DNA from: a virus
Virus genome (UHGV): UHGV-0108244
Strand: one strand, 5' to 3'
DNA length: 45,507 nucleotides
Made by a program: the position numbers and the translations under genes. Positions within the stretch are counted from its first letter, which is position 1; each line of letters starts with the position of its first letter. This document shows positions 28,417 to 38,517 of this stretch, in pieces. The notes below the pieces were generated by a model that ran no database searches, was not told the origin of the DNA, and saw nothing but the letters and a program-made list of their open reading frames with translations.

Positions 28417-28441
28417 AAAACCCGCTCCGGCGGGTTTTTTT
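28417..28441 (+). terminator. Bidirectional hairpin AAAACCCGC-TCCG-GCGGGTTTTTT
   Basis: Read directly from the sequence. Confidence 0.65.
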
Positions 28442-28457
28442 ATGCCCGGAGATTTGT

Positions 28458-31109
28458 ATGGCTGAAAAAGTTGGTGATCTTTACTATGACGTTGATATAG
28501 AAACGGCCAAGTTAATCAGTGGCAGTAGAAAGGCTTCTGATGTCCTCGGGGCGATGGATAAGAGCGCAAGAGGTGCAAGTGCGGGAATTGATAAGTTAGA
28601 TAATTCCGGGCAGAAGGCTGCCGGATCAATGGATGTTCTTAAATCGGCTTTATCCGGGGTAGCAAGTGCTATCACCGTCTCGTTAATTATTGATTACGGT
28701 AAAGCATTCCTTGAGGTTGCCGACAATGTAACTCAACTGCAGTCAAGGATCGCAAGGCTATCTTCTGGCGCTGATGAAGCTAAAGTTACCTTTTCTGCTT
28801 TGGCGCAGATTGCATCAAACACGGGAGCAAGTCTTCAAAATACGCAAAGCTTATGGGAGAAGTTGACATCATCGCTTAAAGGAACAGGCGCCACCAATAG
28901 CCAAATTCTCTTTCTGACCGACACGCTTCAAAAAATAGGGCGAGTTGGCGGTAGTTCAGCAGAGGAAATGGCTACAGCTTTGCGGCAATTTGGTCAATCG
29001 ATAGATGGTGGTGTTGTCCGAGCAGAAGAATTCAACTCCGTGGTTGAAAGCATGCCTGAGTTAGCCAGGCAAATGGCGGCTGGCCTGGGTTTGTCCATGG
29101 GTCAGTTACGACAGGCAATGCTTGATGGAAAAATCACAGCCGAGGCCGCCCTTAACGCTATCGCCAAACAATCTGCGGTTGTTAATCAGGAGTTTAATAA
29201 ACTCCCCAGGACAATGGAGCAGGCCAGCAATAGCCTTACCGTCTCTCTTTCCTTACTGGTCGGGAAAATGAACGAAGCCACCGGCGCCAGTACAACGATG
29301 GTAGCCATCATTGATTCTATAAGTGCAGCCATAGACAGGTTGAGTGGAAGGACTGAGACGGCGGCGCAAAAAATTGCTGATTTAACATCAACTGCTGAAA
29401 TGTACAGCAAAAGAGCAAGGACGTGGTCATGGCTCGGTCTTGATGGTTGGTCTCAACAAAATAAGGCGCTTTCAGTGCTAAGCACCAAGGCGGCCACCCT
29501 TGCCGGTGATCTTAGTGCCGTAGGTAAAGCTTCTGAGGATGCCGCTAATTCGCAGAAGGGGTTTGGTGGTGTAAACGCGGCCAACCCCAAACAAGACAAT
29601 CTCATCAAAATATCTGAGCGCCGTCTTGCATTGGCCAAACTTGAAGGCGAGGCGCGAGCCAGGCTTCAGGCCCAATATGATGCAGCTGATGCTGGGGTGA
29701 CCGATCCTAAGCGAATAAAAGCGCTGCAGGACGAATACGCCGAAACCTACCGGGTTACGGAGGCCAGGAAGGAAAGCGACAAAGCCGGGAAGCAGTCTGC
29801 TTCCACCGCTGAGTCTATAGCTCAAAAACTCGAAAACCTTCGCCAGCAGTCTGAGCTTGCAGCGGACTCAACTCAGGAGTTGAGCCGTGAGCAGGCGATA
29901 TTGCGTGCGCAGCAGTCTCTCGGTAAATCAGCTACTCAGGCTCAAATCCAGGAAGCTGGTAAATACGCAGCAGCCGCATGGGATGCAGCCGCAGCGGCGA
30001 AGGGGGTAACAGAGGCGCTTAATGCCATTCCGGAACAGGCTGAGAATAAATCCTACGCTGAATCCATGCAGAACCTGAAAGCGGCGCTGAACGCCGGGAA
30101 GATTGATCTGCAGGAGTACAACGCAGCCACTGAGCAGATGGAGCAGCAGCATCAGGCCAACCTTGCCAAAATACGCTCGCAGCAGGTGGTTAACCCCACC
30201 CAGCAGGCACTTGCCGAAGTTGACCCGGTGCAGCAGTTGGCCAACCAGCACGCGCAGGAGCTGGCGCTGATTCAGCAGTTCGAGCAACAAGGAGTTCTCG
30301 CCCATGAGAATGCATTGGCGCTGAAAAATGCCGCTGACCGGCAGTATGAGCAGCAGCGGATCGCAGCTCAATGGGAAATCCTGAGCCAGCAAAGCCTCGG
30401 CTATAACATGCTGACGAGTGCGGTGGATGCCTTTAGTGGGAATGCCTCCAATGCGATCACCGGTCTGCTAACCGGCACAATGTCAGCACAGGAGGCGATG
30501 CGGTCGCTAGGTAACACCATCCTGAACAGCGTGATCAACAGCATTGTTCAGGTTGGCGTCGAAGCGCTGAAAAACTACATCCTCGGTCAGACGCTCGGTG
30601 CCGCATCGGTGGCGACCTCAGTCGGACTGGCGGCAACTACCGCTTCCGCCTGGGCTCCTGCGGCCGCGATGGCATCGCTCGCCTCGTTCGGCGCTAACGC
30701 TGGCCCGGCTGCAGCTGGTATCAGTTCGACAGTGGGGCTTGCTAACGGGCTTGCGCTCGCCGGCGCTCGCTACAACGGCGGCCCGGTATCAGCCGGCGGC
30801 CTGTATCAGGTCGGCGAGAAAGGCAAGCCAGAGATCTACCAGGCCAGCACCGGCAAGCAGTACATGATCCCCGGCGATAACGGGAAGGTCATCAGCAATA
30901 AGGATATGCAGTCAGGAGGAGGGATCAGCGTGCAGGTGAACGTCATAAACCAGTCTACCGGTGCCACTGTACAGAGTGCCGATGGCTACATGCAGGACGG
31001 TAGCGCAGTTGTGGACTTGCTGATCACCGACATAGAAAGAGGCGGCCCGGTATCCTCTCAGATGCAGCAGACATTTGGATTAAGTCGTAAAGCGCAAGGC
31101 GCTTACTAA
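28458..31109 (+). CDS. Tail tape measure protein
   Basis: 883 aa, Ala/Gln-rich coiled-coil, canonical position. Confidence 0.85.
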   Translation: MAEKVGDLYYDVDIETAKLISGSRKASDVLGAMDKSARGASAGIDKLDNSGQKAAGSMDVLKSALSGVASAITVSLIIDYGKAFLEVADNVTQLQSRIARLSSGADEAKVTFSALAQIASNTGASLQNTQSLWEKLTSSLKGTGATNSQILFLTDTLQKIGRVGGSSAEEMATALRQFGQSIDGGVVRAEEFNSVVESMPELARQMAAGLGLSMGQLRQAMLDGKITAEAALNAIAKQSAVVNQEFNKLPRTMEQASNSLTVSLSLLVGKMNEATGASTTMVAIIDSISAAIDRLSGRTETAAQKIADLTSTAEMYSKRARTWSWLGLDGWSQQNKALSVLSTKAATLAGDLSAVGKASEDAANSQKGFGGVNAANPKQDNLIKISERRLALAKLEGEARARLQAQYDAADAGVTDPKRIKALQDEYAETYRVTEARKESDKAGKQSASTAESIAQKLENLRQQSELAADSTQELSREQAILRAQQSLGKSATQAQIQEAGKYAAAAWDAAAAAKGVTEALNAIPEQAENKSYAESMQNLKAALNAGKIDLQEYNAATEQMEQQHQANLAKIRSQQVVNPTQQALAEVDPVQQLANQHAQELALIQQFEQQGVLAHENALALKNAADRQYEQQRIAAQWEILSQQSLGYNMLTSAVDAFSGNASNAITGLLTGTMSAQEAMRSLGNTILNSVINSIVQVGVEALKNYILGQTLGAASVATSVGLAATTASAWAPAAAMASLASFGANAGPAAAGISSTVGLANGLALAGARYNGGPVSAGGLYQVGEKGKPEIYQASTGKQYMIPGDNGKVISNKDMQSGGGISVQVNVINQSTGATVQSADGYMQDGSAVVDLLITDIERGGPVSSQMQQTFGLSRKAQGAY

Positions 31110-31127
31110 GCCAAACCCGCTTCGGCG
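31101..31127 (+). terminator. Hairpin CCAAACCCGC-TTCG-GCGGGTTTTTT
   Basis: Read directly from the sequence. Confidence 0.6.
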
Positions 31128-31149
31128 GGTTTTTTAATGGGTGAATATT

Positions 31150-31329
31150 ATGAAAGTAGCAATCGAAGTGAATGGCGAGGTTATCTGGTACCGCGACAGC
31201 GATAAACAGGAGGGGGTGGCGTCGTTGGGCTACTTGAAGGACGGCACACAGCAGAAAATCATTGCCGCCCTTGAGGAGGCTTTATTCCAGGCGAAAGGGC
31301 AGATGCTATTGCCTGATTACGTTGATTGA
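31150..31329 (+). CDS. Small hypothetical protein, 59 aa
   Basis: ORF. Its 3' end overlaps the convergent gene by 24 nt. Confidence 0.35.
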   Translation: MKVAIEVNGEVIWYRDSDKQEGVASLGYLKDGTQQKIIAALEEALFQAKGQMLLPDYVD

Positions 31330-31572
31330 ATATCTGTATGTAGCGCGATGCCCGGCAGGGAGAGCCAGAACGACATTCCAGTGACCGGAGTGCGGCACCA
31401 CAATGTTGGCAGGAAATTGTTTATAGAACCCTCCGTAGACCTTGCAACTTTCACCTCGCTTATATCGGTTATAAGCAGCGTCATCCATAACAAGGACGTT
31501 GATTTGGTGGGAGCACTGAACGGAAACTATTGATCCTCCCTCCATGTAATCCCTGCTGTGCGTGTAAGACAT
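31306..31572 (-). CDS. Opposite-strand moron, hypothetical 88 aa protein
   Basis: AGAGAGG SD. AT-rich. Convergent with 31150..31329. Confidence 0.45.
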   Translation of the reverse strand: MSYTHSRDYMEGGSIVSVQCSHQINVLVMDDAAYNRYKRGESCKVYGGFYKQFPANIVVPHSGHWNVVLALPAGHRATYRYSINVIRQ

Positions 31573-31648
31573 ATGACCTCTCTTGCTGTGTGTGAAAAAT
31601 ACACAGTATCAGCGAGACACATTTAGTAACATCCTGATAAAAGATCAG

Positions 31649-31670
31649 TGCCGCAGCCGCGGCATTTTTT
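31649..31670 (+). terminator. Hairpin TGCCGC-AGCC-GCGGCA-TTTTTT followed by the conserved ATGCCCGGAG junction
   Basis: Read directly from the sequence. Confidence 0.55.
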
Positions 31671-31685
31671 ATGCCCGGAGGAAAC

Positions 31686-32162
31686 GTGGCAACAGTTCAA
31701 TACCCTCCGTTCCTGCCGCTTCCCCAGCGCGCCGATCAGAATATGACGCAGGATACAGCCTGGCAGACGACGCAGACGGCAGTCGGTCCATTGATAATCA
31801 CGCCGATCACTACGGACCTTAAAGCAACCTGGACGCTGCAGTGGATATTCACGCTTGCCCAGGCCGAGCGGTTTAAGTCATGGCTGCGATCGCCGACCTA
31901 CTGCGACCGCGGACGCAACTGGTTCCAGATGCCGATCGACCTGGGTGATACGCAGGGCGTTCAGCAGCAGACGCTGCATTTCGTCGACATGCCGGTGCAG
32001 ACCAGCAAAAACGGCAACATTGTCACCTGGACCGCAACGGTCATCAGCAACGGTATCGAGGACATTACTGAGGACTACGACGACTGGATTGTTGAGGCTC
32101 AGCCTGGCTATGGATACTGGCTGGATTACCTGATTACCGAAGTTATGCCGAGGGCCGACTGA
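31686..32162 (+). CDS. Minor tail protein (first tail-tip gene after the tape measure)
   Basis: GTG start after GGAGGA. Position. Confidence 0.5.
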   Translation: MATVQYPPFLPLPQRADQNMTQDTAWQTTQTAVGPLIITPITTDLKATWTLQWIFTLAQAERFKSWLRSPTYCDRGRNWFQMPIDLGDTQGVQQQTLHFVDMPVQTSKNGNIVTWTATVISNGIEDITEDYDDWIVEAQPGYGYWLDYLITEVMPRAD

Positions 32163-32632
32163 TGCCGACATTGAGAGAGTGGAAGGAGCGCCGGCCGGCG
32201 AGCGATATCAAACAGACGGTGGAATTTTATCATCCTGCGTTTGGTTATTACCGGGTGGTCAATAACCTGTTTCGCCCGGCGACGTTTGGTGGCAACTCAT
32301 TCGAGCCTGCGCGGTTCAGCGTAACAGAACCGGCGCAGGACGGAACGGCAGTGATATCCATGACGATCACCTTTGTCGCTGCGACGGAGCATGTCCGGCA
32401 GACACTGAAAAGCTGGCGCGGGGCGGCGCGTATGACGCCGATAAAGTGCCTGTATCAGCAGTGGAATGCGATCGGTGATGCATCATCCCTGAAAGACTGG
32501 ACGCTGTATGTGAGTGACATCTCTGCTGACGCAAACAATGTGACGGTTGACGCCGGGTTCACCAACCCTTTGACGCTAGCCAACCCGATTATTTACACAA
32601 CAGAACTTTATCCAGGACTGAAAACTTCATGA
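32162..32632 (+). CDS. Minor tail protein
   Basis: Coupled ORF (ATGA overlap). Confidence 0.5.
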   Translation: MPTLREWKERRPASDIKQTVEFYHPAFGYYRVVNNLFRPATFGGNSFEPARFSVTEPAQDGTAVISMTITFVAATEHVRQTLKSWRGAARMTPIKCLYQQWNAIGDASSLKDWTLYVSDISADANNVTVDAGFTNPLTLANPIIYTTELYPGLKTS

Positions 32633-33024
32633 CGCAAGACGAATTTATCCGGCTTGTTACCGGCAAGCCTTGGGCTAACCGCTCCTGCAGTTTTGGCTCG
32701 ATGGATTGTTGGGCGCTGGTTGTTCTGTATTACCGGCATGTGCTGGGAATTGAGTTGCACCATATTCCAGCGTATGAAGCCGGGGCTGACTTCATTACTT
32801 GCCATGAGCAGGAGGTGGAGCATTGGAGAACGATACCAGCAGCGGTGTCGGGTTGCATTGCGGTTTTCTATCGTGGTGAAGTCCCGGCGCATATTGGCGT
32901 AATGACAAGCCCCGTTAAGTGCCTGCATTCCCGTGGGGAGTTTGGTTTCGTGCGCAGCGACAACCCGCTGGCGCTTCTTAAAGTATACAGCCGCGTGGAG
33001 TATATGGTGCATGGTTCGATATGA
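32629..33024 (+). CDS. NlpC/P60 cysteine peptidase tail protein (gpK-like)
   Basis: Conserved Cys (SMDCWALV) and His (HIGVM). Confidence 0.7.
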   Translation: MTQDEFIRLVTGKPWANRSCSFGSMDCWALVVLYYRHVLGIELHHIPAYEAGADFITCHEQEVEHWRTIPAAVSGCIAVFYRGEVPAHIGVMTSPVKCLHSRGEFGFVRSDNPLALLKVYSRVEYMVHGSI

Positions 33025-35482
33025 ATTACAACGCCTTCCTGGCGCGCCAAAGCATCGTGGAGTTGCGGAGGAAGGAACGCCGCTAGCTGAGTTACTTGAT
33101 TCTCTGAATTTGCACAATGATGTGGTAGTTAAGCTTAACGGCAGAGAACTTGATGACGACTTCGAGATAACTTATCCGCTGTGCAGAAATGATGTAGTCC
33201 TTATATTCGACCAGCCTGAGGGTGGGGTAGGGAAACTGATCAACACCATATTACGACCGGTCACAAAAATTCTCTCTGGCGCAATGAAATTGCTCGGTCT
33301 TGCACCAAAATCCGGAGGCGTTTCTGTTGCAACTGGAGAGTCGCCCAACAATGATGTCACCCAGCAGACCAACCGGGCCCGTCTATATAAAGGGAGGCCG
33401 AATATTTATGGTCAAGTACGAGCCTATCCAGACCTCATACAGGAATCGATGTTTGAATACATCAGTAATAATAAAATGGTTACAGAGTGGATGGAGATAG
33501 GCTATGGACACTACAATATTTCATCAGTGCGTTATTCCGAATCTTCTCTGGTAGCTATGGCCGGCGCCAGCTATGAAGTTTATCATCCAGGCACGGTAAT
33601 ACCAGAGATTATTCAGGGATATGCCTTTGACGATGTTGATGGGCAGGAGCTTCCTGGCACCAACGAGCAGACATCAAATATCGTTAATCAAGCCACGACG
33701 AATAATTTGCTGGCTGGTAGTTTCGCTGGAGGCCAGTTTTATGCAAAAATTGAAAAACAAAATGAGTTTGATGTTTTCTATGACTCTCCAAAACCATTTT
33801 CGGTCACAATCACTGTAAATGTGTCATATAATACAGCCAGTGGGCTGGTAACAAAAAACATTAATGTATCTGCTAGTTTGTTTAACTCTGCGCTATCAGA
33901 TGATGGGACACTTATCGATCCGCAACAATTCTATGAGTTTTGGTTTAACTATTTGTCTGGTCCAGACTTTGAGGGATTGCCAGCAGACGCCACGGTAAAC
34001 AGCACTCTTTTCACTCTGACTCAGTATTCGACTATTGCGGTTGGGCCATTTTTTGCGGCGCTCCCTGGTGATCAGCTTTGGGTGCACCTCTACGCGAATG
34101 AAGCTGGCGGATATGACGGGCCTGCCCGTATCACATGGTGGCAGGTCGACACCGATAACAACCAGATACCTGGTACCGAAGAGAGCATTGATGTAAACGT
34201 GCATAACGATGGAGGCAATCAGGATTACATTTACCGGACATACAAAATAACACCAGGTGCGGGTTTTGGACGTTATGCCTTTAGAGCTGAGCGAACCAAT
34301 AACTCGGCCAGCAACTCAGTGCTGTATTTGTCCGGCGCGCATGCTGTAACCATCCGTAAAAACGTAGTATATACCGATGACACAATTGTCAGGGTCACTG
34401 TCAGACAGACGGAAACACAGACTGTAGCGTCAGATCGTAAATATAACTGTCTTGTGCAGAGGAGGGTCATATCATGGACGCCAAGCGGCATTGACTTTGC
34501 ATTGCGGCCCAGCAGGTCATTTGCTGACGCCGTACTACATGAGTGGGTGATCATTGGCAAACAGGATCCATCCAGGCTTGATTTACCTTCGCTTTACGCC
34601 ATTAAAGACTCGCTGCCAGATGCTCAGCTAGGTTATTTTGACTGGACATTTTCCGATGAAAATCAGCCGCTAGGTGAGCGAATACAGACTATCTGTAACG
34701 TAGCTCGCGTTAATTTTAACTGGATCGGTGATGTTCTTACGTTCTGGCGTGATGAAAGGGTTTCTAACCCAGATGCGGTTTTCGCCCGTTCGAATATGTT
34801 CTGGGAAGATTACAAGTTGTCATGGAAAATGTCTTTACCTGGTGGGTATGACGGCGTGACGCTCGACTACGTCGACCCTTCAACTAACAAAAAGACCTAC
34901 ATATACCTAAGCGTGGGCACCTCCGGAATAAGTGAAGTTTCCGACGCTACTGTTAACGCGATGCAGATCAGCCTGGACGGCTGCCGCAACGCCACTCAGG
35001 CAACCGATCGGGCCTGGCTTGAGGCGAGGAAAATCCTTTACTCACGCCTGACCATGACAGTGAAAGTGCTGGAGTCGACGCAGGTGGTGCGCGGTACGGT
35101 GGTTCAGTGTCCGGACATGTACGACAACGCGCAGCAAACCGGCTACATCACAGGGCGATCCGGGGATGTGTTCTCGACCTCTGAACGAATCGACTTTTCC
35201 CTCGGCGATATGTGGGTGGTGATGACCGACAGCCTCGGAAATTACCGCGGGCGCTGGCGAGCTTATCCGGTAAGTGGCAAGCCCAAAGCATTCCAGGCTG
35301 CAGCCGATACCTTCGATCTGAACATTTATGACCGCAGCAGGGTGCAAAACCCCAGCCGGTATTTCATCGCTACCGACTCGGAACTCAACTCCACAATCTG
35401 GCGCGTCGATAGCGCAAAACCAAACGGTGACGATACTCAAACGCTATCCCTGACTGAGTATTCAGACTCGATTTATCAGTAA
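33011..35482 (+). CDS. Tail-tip host-specificity protein (TipJ/gpJ-like with gpI-like N-terminal region)
   Basis: 823 aa. The N-terminus resembles lambda I. Follows the NlpC/P60 gene. Confidence 0.55.
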   Translation: MVRYELQRLPGAPKHRGVAEEGTPLAELLDSLNLHNDVVVKLNGRELDDDFEITYPLCRNDVVLIFDQPEGGVGKLINTILRPVTKILSGAMKLLGLAPKSGGVSVATGESPNNDVTQQTNRARLYKGRPNIYGQVRAYPDLIQESMFEYISNNKMVTEWMEIGYGHYNISSVRYSESSLVAMAGASYEVYHPGTVIPEIIQGYAFDDVDGQELPGTNEQTSNIVNQATTNNLLAGSFAGGQFYAKIEKQNEFDVFYDSPKPFSVTITVNVSYNTASGLVTKNINVSASLFNSALSDDGTLIDPQQFYEFWFNYLSGPDFEGLPADATVNSTLFTLTQYSTIAVGPFFAALPGDQLWVHLYANEAGGYDGPARITWWQVDTDNNQIPGTEESIDVNVHNDGGNQDYIYRTYKITPGAGFGRYAFRAERTNNSASNSVLYLSGAHAVTIRKNVVYTDDTIVRVTVRQTETQTVASDRKYNCLVQRRVISWTPSGIDFALRPSRSFADAVLHEWVIIGKQDPSRLDLPSLYAIKDSLPDAQLGYFDWTFSDENQPLGERIQTICNVARVNFNWIGDVLTFWRDERVSNPDAVFARSNMFWEDYKLSWKMSLPGGYDGVTLDYVDPSTNKKTYIYLSVGTSGISEVSDATVNAMQISLDGCRNATQATDRAWLEARKILYSRLTMTVKVLESTQVVRGTVVQCPDMYDNAQQTGYITGRSGDVFSTSERIDFSLGDMWVVMTDSLGNYRGRWRAYPVSGKPKAFQAAADTFDLNIYDRSRVQNPSRYFIATDSELNSTIWRVDSAKPNGDDTQTLSLTEYSDSIYQ

Positions 35483-35568
35483 CACACGGCAGTAATTACC
35501 AACCTTCGCGCACACCATCAGATTAATTTCTGAGGGTTTCGTGCGCCTTTTATAGGGCGACATGCACA

Positions 35569-37752
35569 ATGGCAGAAGTACCGTTACCAACTCCAACCGA
35601 CAACCCGGTACCCAGCACTGATATCCGGGACGCAGTTTATGCAGGCGCCATGCTGGATAAAGTTGTCACCAGTACAGAGCTGACATACACCGATCGCCTC
35701 GGCGGAGAGCACTACACCGTAGACGGAATTAAGGCGGAAGGGGATAAAGTCGTTGAAGAAACGCGACAGAACCTGATCCCTCTTAGCCGGCAGTATATGA
35801 CCTTAGCGGAAGCGCAAGCGGATATCGCTAATATTCCAGAAGGCAGCAGCACCTATGTGCGTAGCCAGGACAGCAGCGCGCTGGCTGACGAGTACATGAA
35901 TGTGGCTGGGACGCTGACAGCAACCGGGCGTAGAATGCCTTCTCAAGCGGCCATCCAGGCAGTTCTTGACTATATCTCATCTCTCATTGCTACTGATGAT
36001 GCTGATTCTCCTTTACTGACACTTAATGATGAGGCGGGGTTTCGTCTGGCGGCATTCGGCCTGAATGCAATTCAGAGCAATGCGATGACGGCTGAGTATG
36101 ATGAGTTTATTGATGGTTTTGTGTTCCGGGATAGCGTCGGATTCGTTATTCAGCAAATAGGGGCTCCTCTGCTCAGCTCTGTTGACAGTGTTCAGCCTGT
36201 CGTTGAGCAGCAGCGATTGGTGACTGAGGCATTCAGTGCTGAATCTGACGCGGATATTTCTGGTTTTGTATTTCGCGACAGTGTGGGATTTGTCCTGATG
36301 AATCTCAATGGTGAGCAAAGCGATCAGAATAACGATGGGGGAGATGACATTTCACGCAGAAATGCAGCAAATCTGGCCGCTGCTGCTGCCGCACGAGACG
36401 AAATTAATACGCGTATTGCTCGGCCGGTTTACGATTACAATATTCTGATCACAGACGGCCAGTCGCTGAGTAACGGGAATGAGGGATGGGCTGCACTGAG
36501 CAAGGACATTCGCGCTACTCTGAACATTAATATGCTCGGTGACTCCGTCCGGCCAAAAAATGAGAATGGTTCAACATTTACGCCGTTGAACGGAGCTGAA
36601 ATCAGATCAGCCCGTGCGGTGGTGCAGGATTTAATCGCCCCTCCTGACGGCGGAAACCTTATGACCGATGAGGCTGTGGCCGCACTGCCTCGTGGGGCTA
36701 ACAATTTCGGTGAAACCGTCGATATTGGCGCGATGTGGATGTGGCGGGAAATGCAGTTACAGTTCCGGGGAGTGGTAACGGATGAGCGCAAAATTGTGGC
36801 TGTGAACTGCGGTGTGGGCGGGCAGATTATTGAACATCTCTCTAAAGGCCATTCCTGGGGATTCTACAACCGGATCATTTCAGCCGTTACCCAGATTAAA
36901 GCCATTGCTGATGCCGAAGGTAAAACCTGCGGCGTGGTGGGTTTTTTATATCTTGGCAATGAATATAACTATGACAGCACAAAAGGAGGGGCGACAGACC
37001 GCGCAGAATACAGAGCACTCCTGAGAAAGCTCATTGATGATGTCATTACCGATACTACCGCTATCACCGGGCAGACAGAGCCCCCCCTGACTGTGCTGTA
37101 TCAGACCAGCGGCAGCTGGACGCGCGACAGCACGAATATGAGCATTGGCGAGGCTCAGCTCGATATCTGTGCAGCAGATGCAAACGTAATGATGGCATCA
37201 CCGGCGTATGCTGTCACCGACAAGGGTGGCCATCTTGACGCGAACGGCTACCGCTGGCTGGGAATGCAGTTCGGAAAAGTGCTCCATCGTGCAATTGATC
37301 GTCGCCAGAACTGGCGTCCACTGCAACCCCTGTCAGTCACGCTGAGCGGAACATTCCTGCGTGCGGATTTCCTGGTGTGGAGCCCGCCGCTTCAGTTTCG
37401 ATCATGCTACGTGGGTTCATCTCCGACGACGTATGCCGCAAAAGGATTCAGAGTCACTGACGATGCCGGGGACGTTCCGGTGACGCGTGTCGAAATTGTA
37501 GCCGATACCGTAGTCGATATTACGCTGGGGCGTGAAACGACCGGCGATGTTTATCTATGGTACGCCAGCCAGACCGGAAGTAACGGTAACGGAAATCTGT
37601 TTGACAGCGACACAACGGTCGCTGTTGCGAATTACGAATTTCATGAAGGGACAGGGCAATATCCGGAATCAAATATTCCAGAGCTGGTAAACCGTCCATA
37701 CCCACTGAATAACCCCTGTGTGGCATTTCGTCGCCAGGCAATCGCTATTTAA
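35569..37752 (+). CDS. Tailspike/tail fibre protein with SGNH/SASA-type carbohydrate esterase domain
   Basis: NILITDGQSLSNG (GQS block I) and GGHLDANGYRWLG (DxxH block V). Internal duplicated GFVFRDSVGFV segment. Confidence 0.6.
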   Translation: MAEVPLPTPTDNPVPSTDIRDAVYAGAMLDKVVTSTELTYTDRLGGEHYTVDGIKAEGDKVVEETRQNLIPLSRQYMTLAEAQADIANIPEGSSTYVRSQDSSALADEYMNVAGTLTATGRRMPSQAAIQAVLDYISSLIATDDADSPLLTLNDEAGFRLAAFGLNAIQSNAMTAEYDEFIDGFVFRDSVGFVIQQIGAPLLSSVDSVQPVVEQQRLVTEAFSAESDADISGFVFRDSVGFVLMNLNGEQSDQNNDGGDDISRRNAANLAAAAAARDEINTRIARPVYDYNILITDGQSLSNGNEGWAALSKDIRATLNINMLGDSVRPKNENGSTFTPLNGAEIRSARAVVQDLIAPPDGGNLMTDEAVAALPRGANNFGETVDIGAMWMWREMQLQFRGVVTDERKIVAVNCGVGGQIIEHLSKGHSWGFYNRIISAVTQIKAIADAEGKTCGVVGFLYLGNEYNYDSTKGGATDRAEYRALLRKLIDDVITDTTAITGQTEPPLTVLYQTSGSWTRDSTNMSIGEAQLDICAADANVMMASPAYAVTDKGGHLDANGYRWLGMQFGKVLHRAIDRRQNWRPLQPLSVTLSGTFLRADFLVWSPPLQFRSCYVGSSPTTYAAKGFRVTDDAGDVPVTRVEIVADTVVDITLGRETTGDVYLWYASQTGSNGNGNLFDSDTTVAVANYEFHEGTGQYPESNIPELVNRPYPLNNPCVAFRRQAIAI

Positions 37753-37764
37753 GGAAAACAAATT

Positions 37765-38499
37765 ATGGGTTCGCGTATTATTGTTCCGGGTTATTTTGGT
37801 GATAAAGGCCTGGGTTTTGACCCGCTCGTTCGCCGTGGCCTGAAATATTTGAATTTTTATGGAGAGGCAGATAAAACCGGTCGAAACCTCGCACCGGATG
37901 GGGTAGCTGCAACGGTACTGGGTTCGCCTGTTGTGCAGGAAAATGGCGTCCAGTTTACGCCTGCAGGCACATTGCTTGATACGGGTATTCTTCAGCCTCT
38001 GGACTTTACTTTTTTCACAATCTTCAACTGTCCGACCCTTTCACAGATTCTGCTGCTCAGCAATTTTAACGGGCCCCGGCAATCTGGCTCAGGAACCACG
38101 CAGGGCGTAGTGCTCAGAACGCAGCCTGGATCTACCAGCATGACCCTGAACTTTTCGGTAAACACTCTCAACGGTAGCGTGTCGACGCAGCGTACAGTCG
38201 CGCTCGGTGGGTTGCTGGCAAACACAAACTATTTAGTGTGCGCGCGTTTTAAATCGGGACAAAAAATGGACTTTCAAATCCTGAACAAAGCTCTGTCAGC
38301 AGAGAAAACAACAGATATGGGCGACCCGGCGGATTTGGGGGCAAAACTGCGTATCGGCGGTAGTTACCAGGCTGATCTAACGAACGCAGGGATTCACCGA
38401 TTTTCTGCTTTACACACTGTTGCGTTGACAGATGATGAAATTACAAAAGCCGCCACTCAGTGGATGGCGTGGGCTAAGGCTGTAGGTGTTCCGCTCTAG
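37765..38499 (+). CDS. ConA/LamG-like lectin-fold tail-associated protein
   Basis: YLVCARFKSG...LRIGG pattern typical of Laminin_G_3. Confidence 0.45.
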   Translation: MGSRIIVPGYFGDKGLGFDPLVRRGLKYLNFYGEADKTGRNLAPDGVAATVLGSPVVQENGVQFTPAGTLLDTGILQPLDFTFFTIFNCPTLSQILLLSNFNGPRQSGSGTTQGVVLRTQPGSTSMTLNFSVNTLNGSVSTQRTVALGGLLANTNYLVCARFKSGQKMDFQILNKALSAEKTTDMGDPADLGAKLRIGGSYQADLTNAGIHRFSALHTVALTDDEITKAATQWMAWAKAVGVPL

Positions 38500-38517
38500 G
38501 ATTTCTGCGGTTACGTT

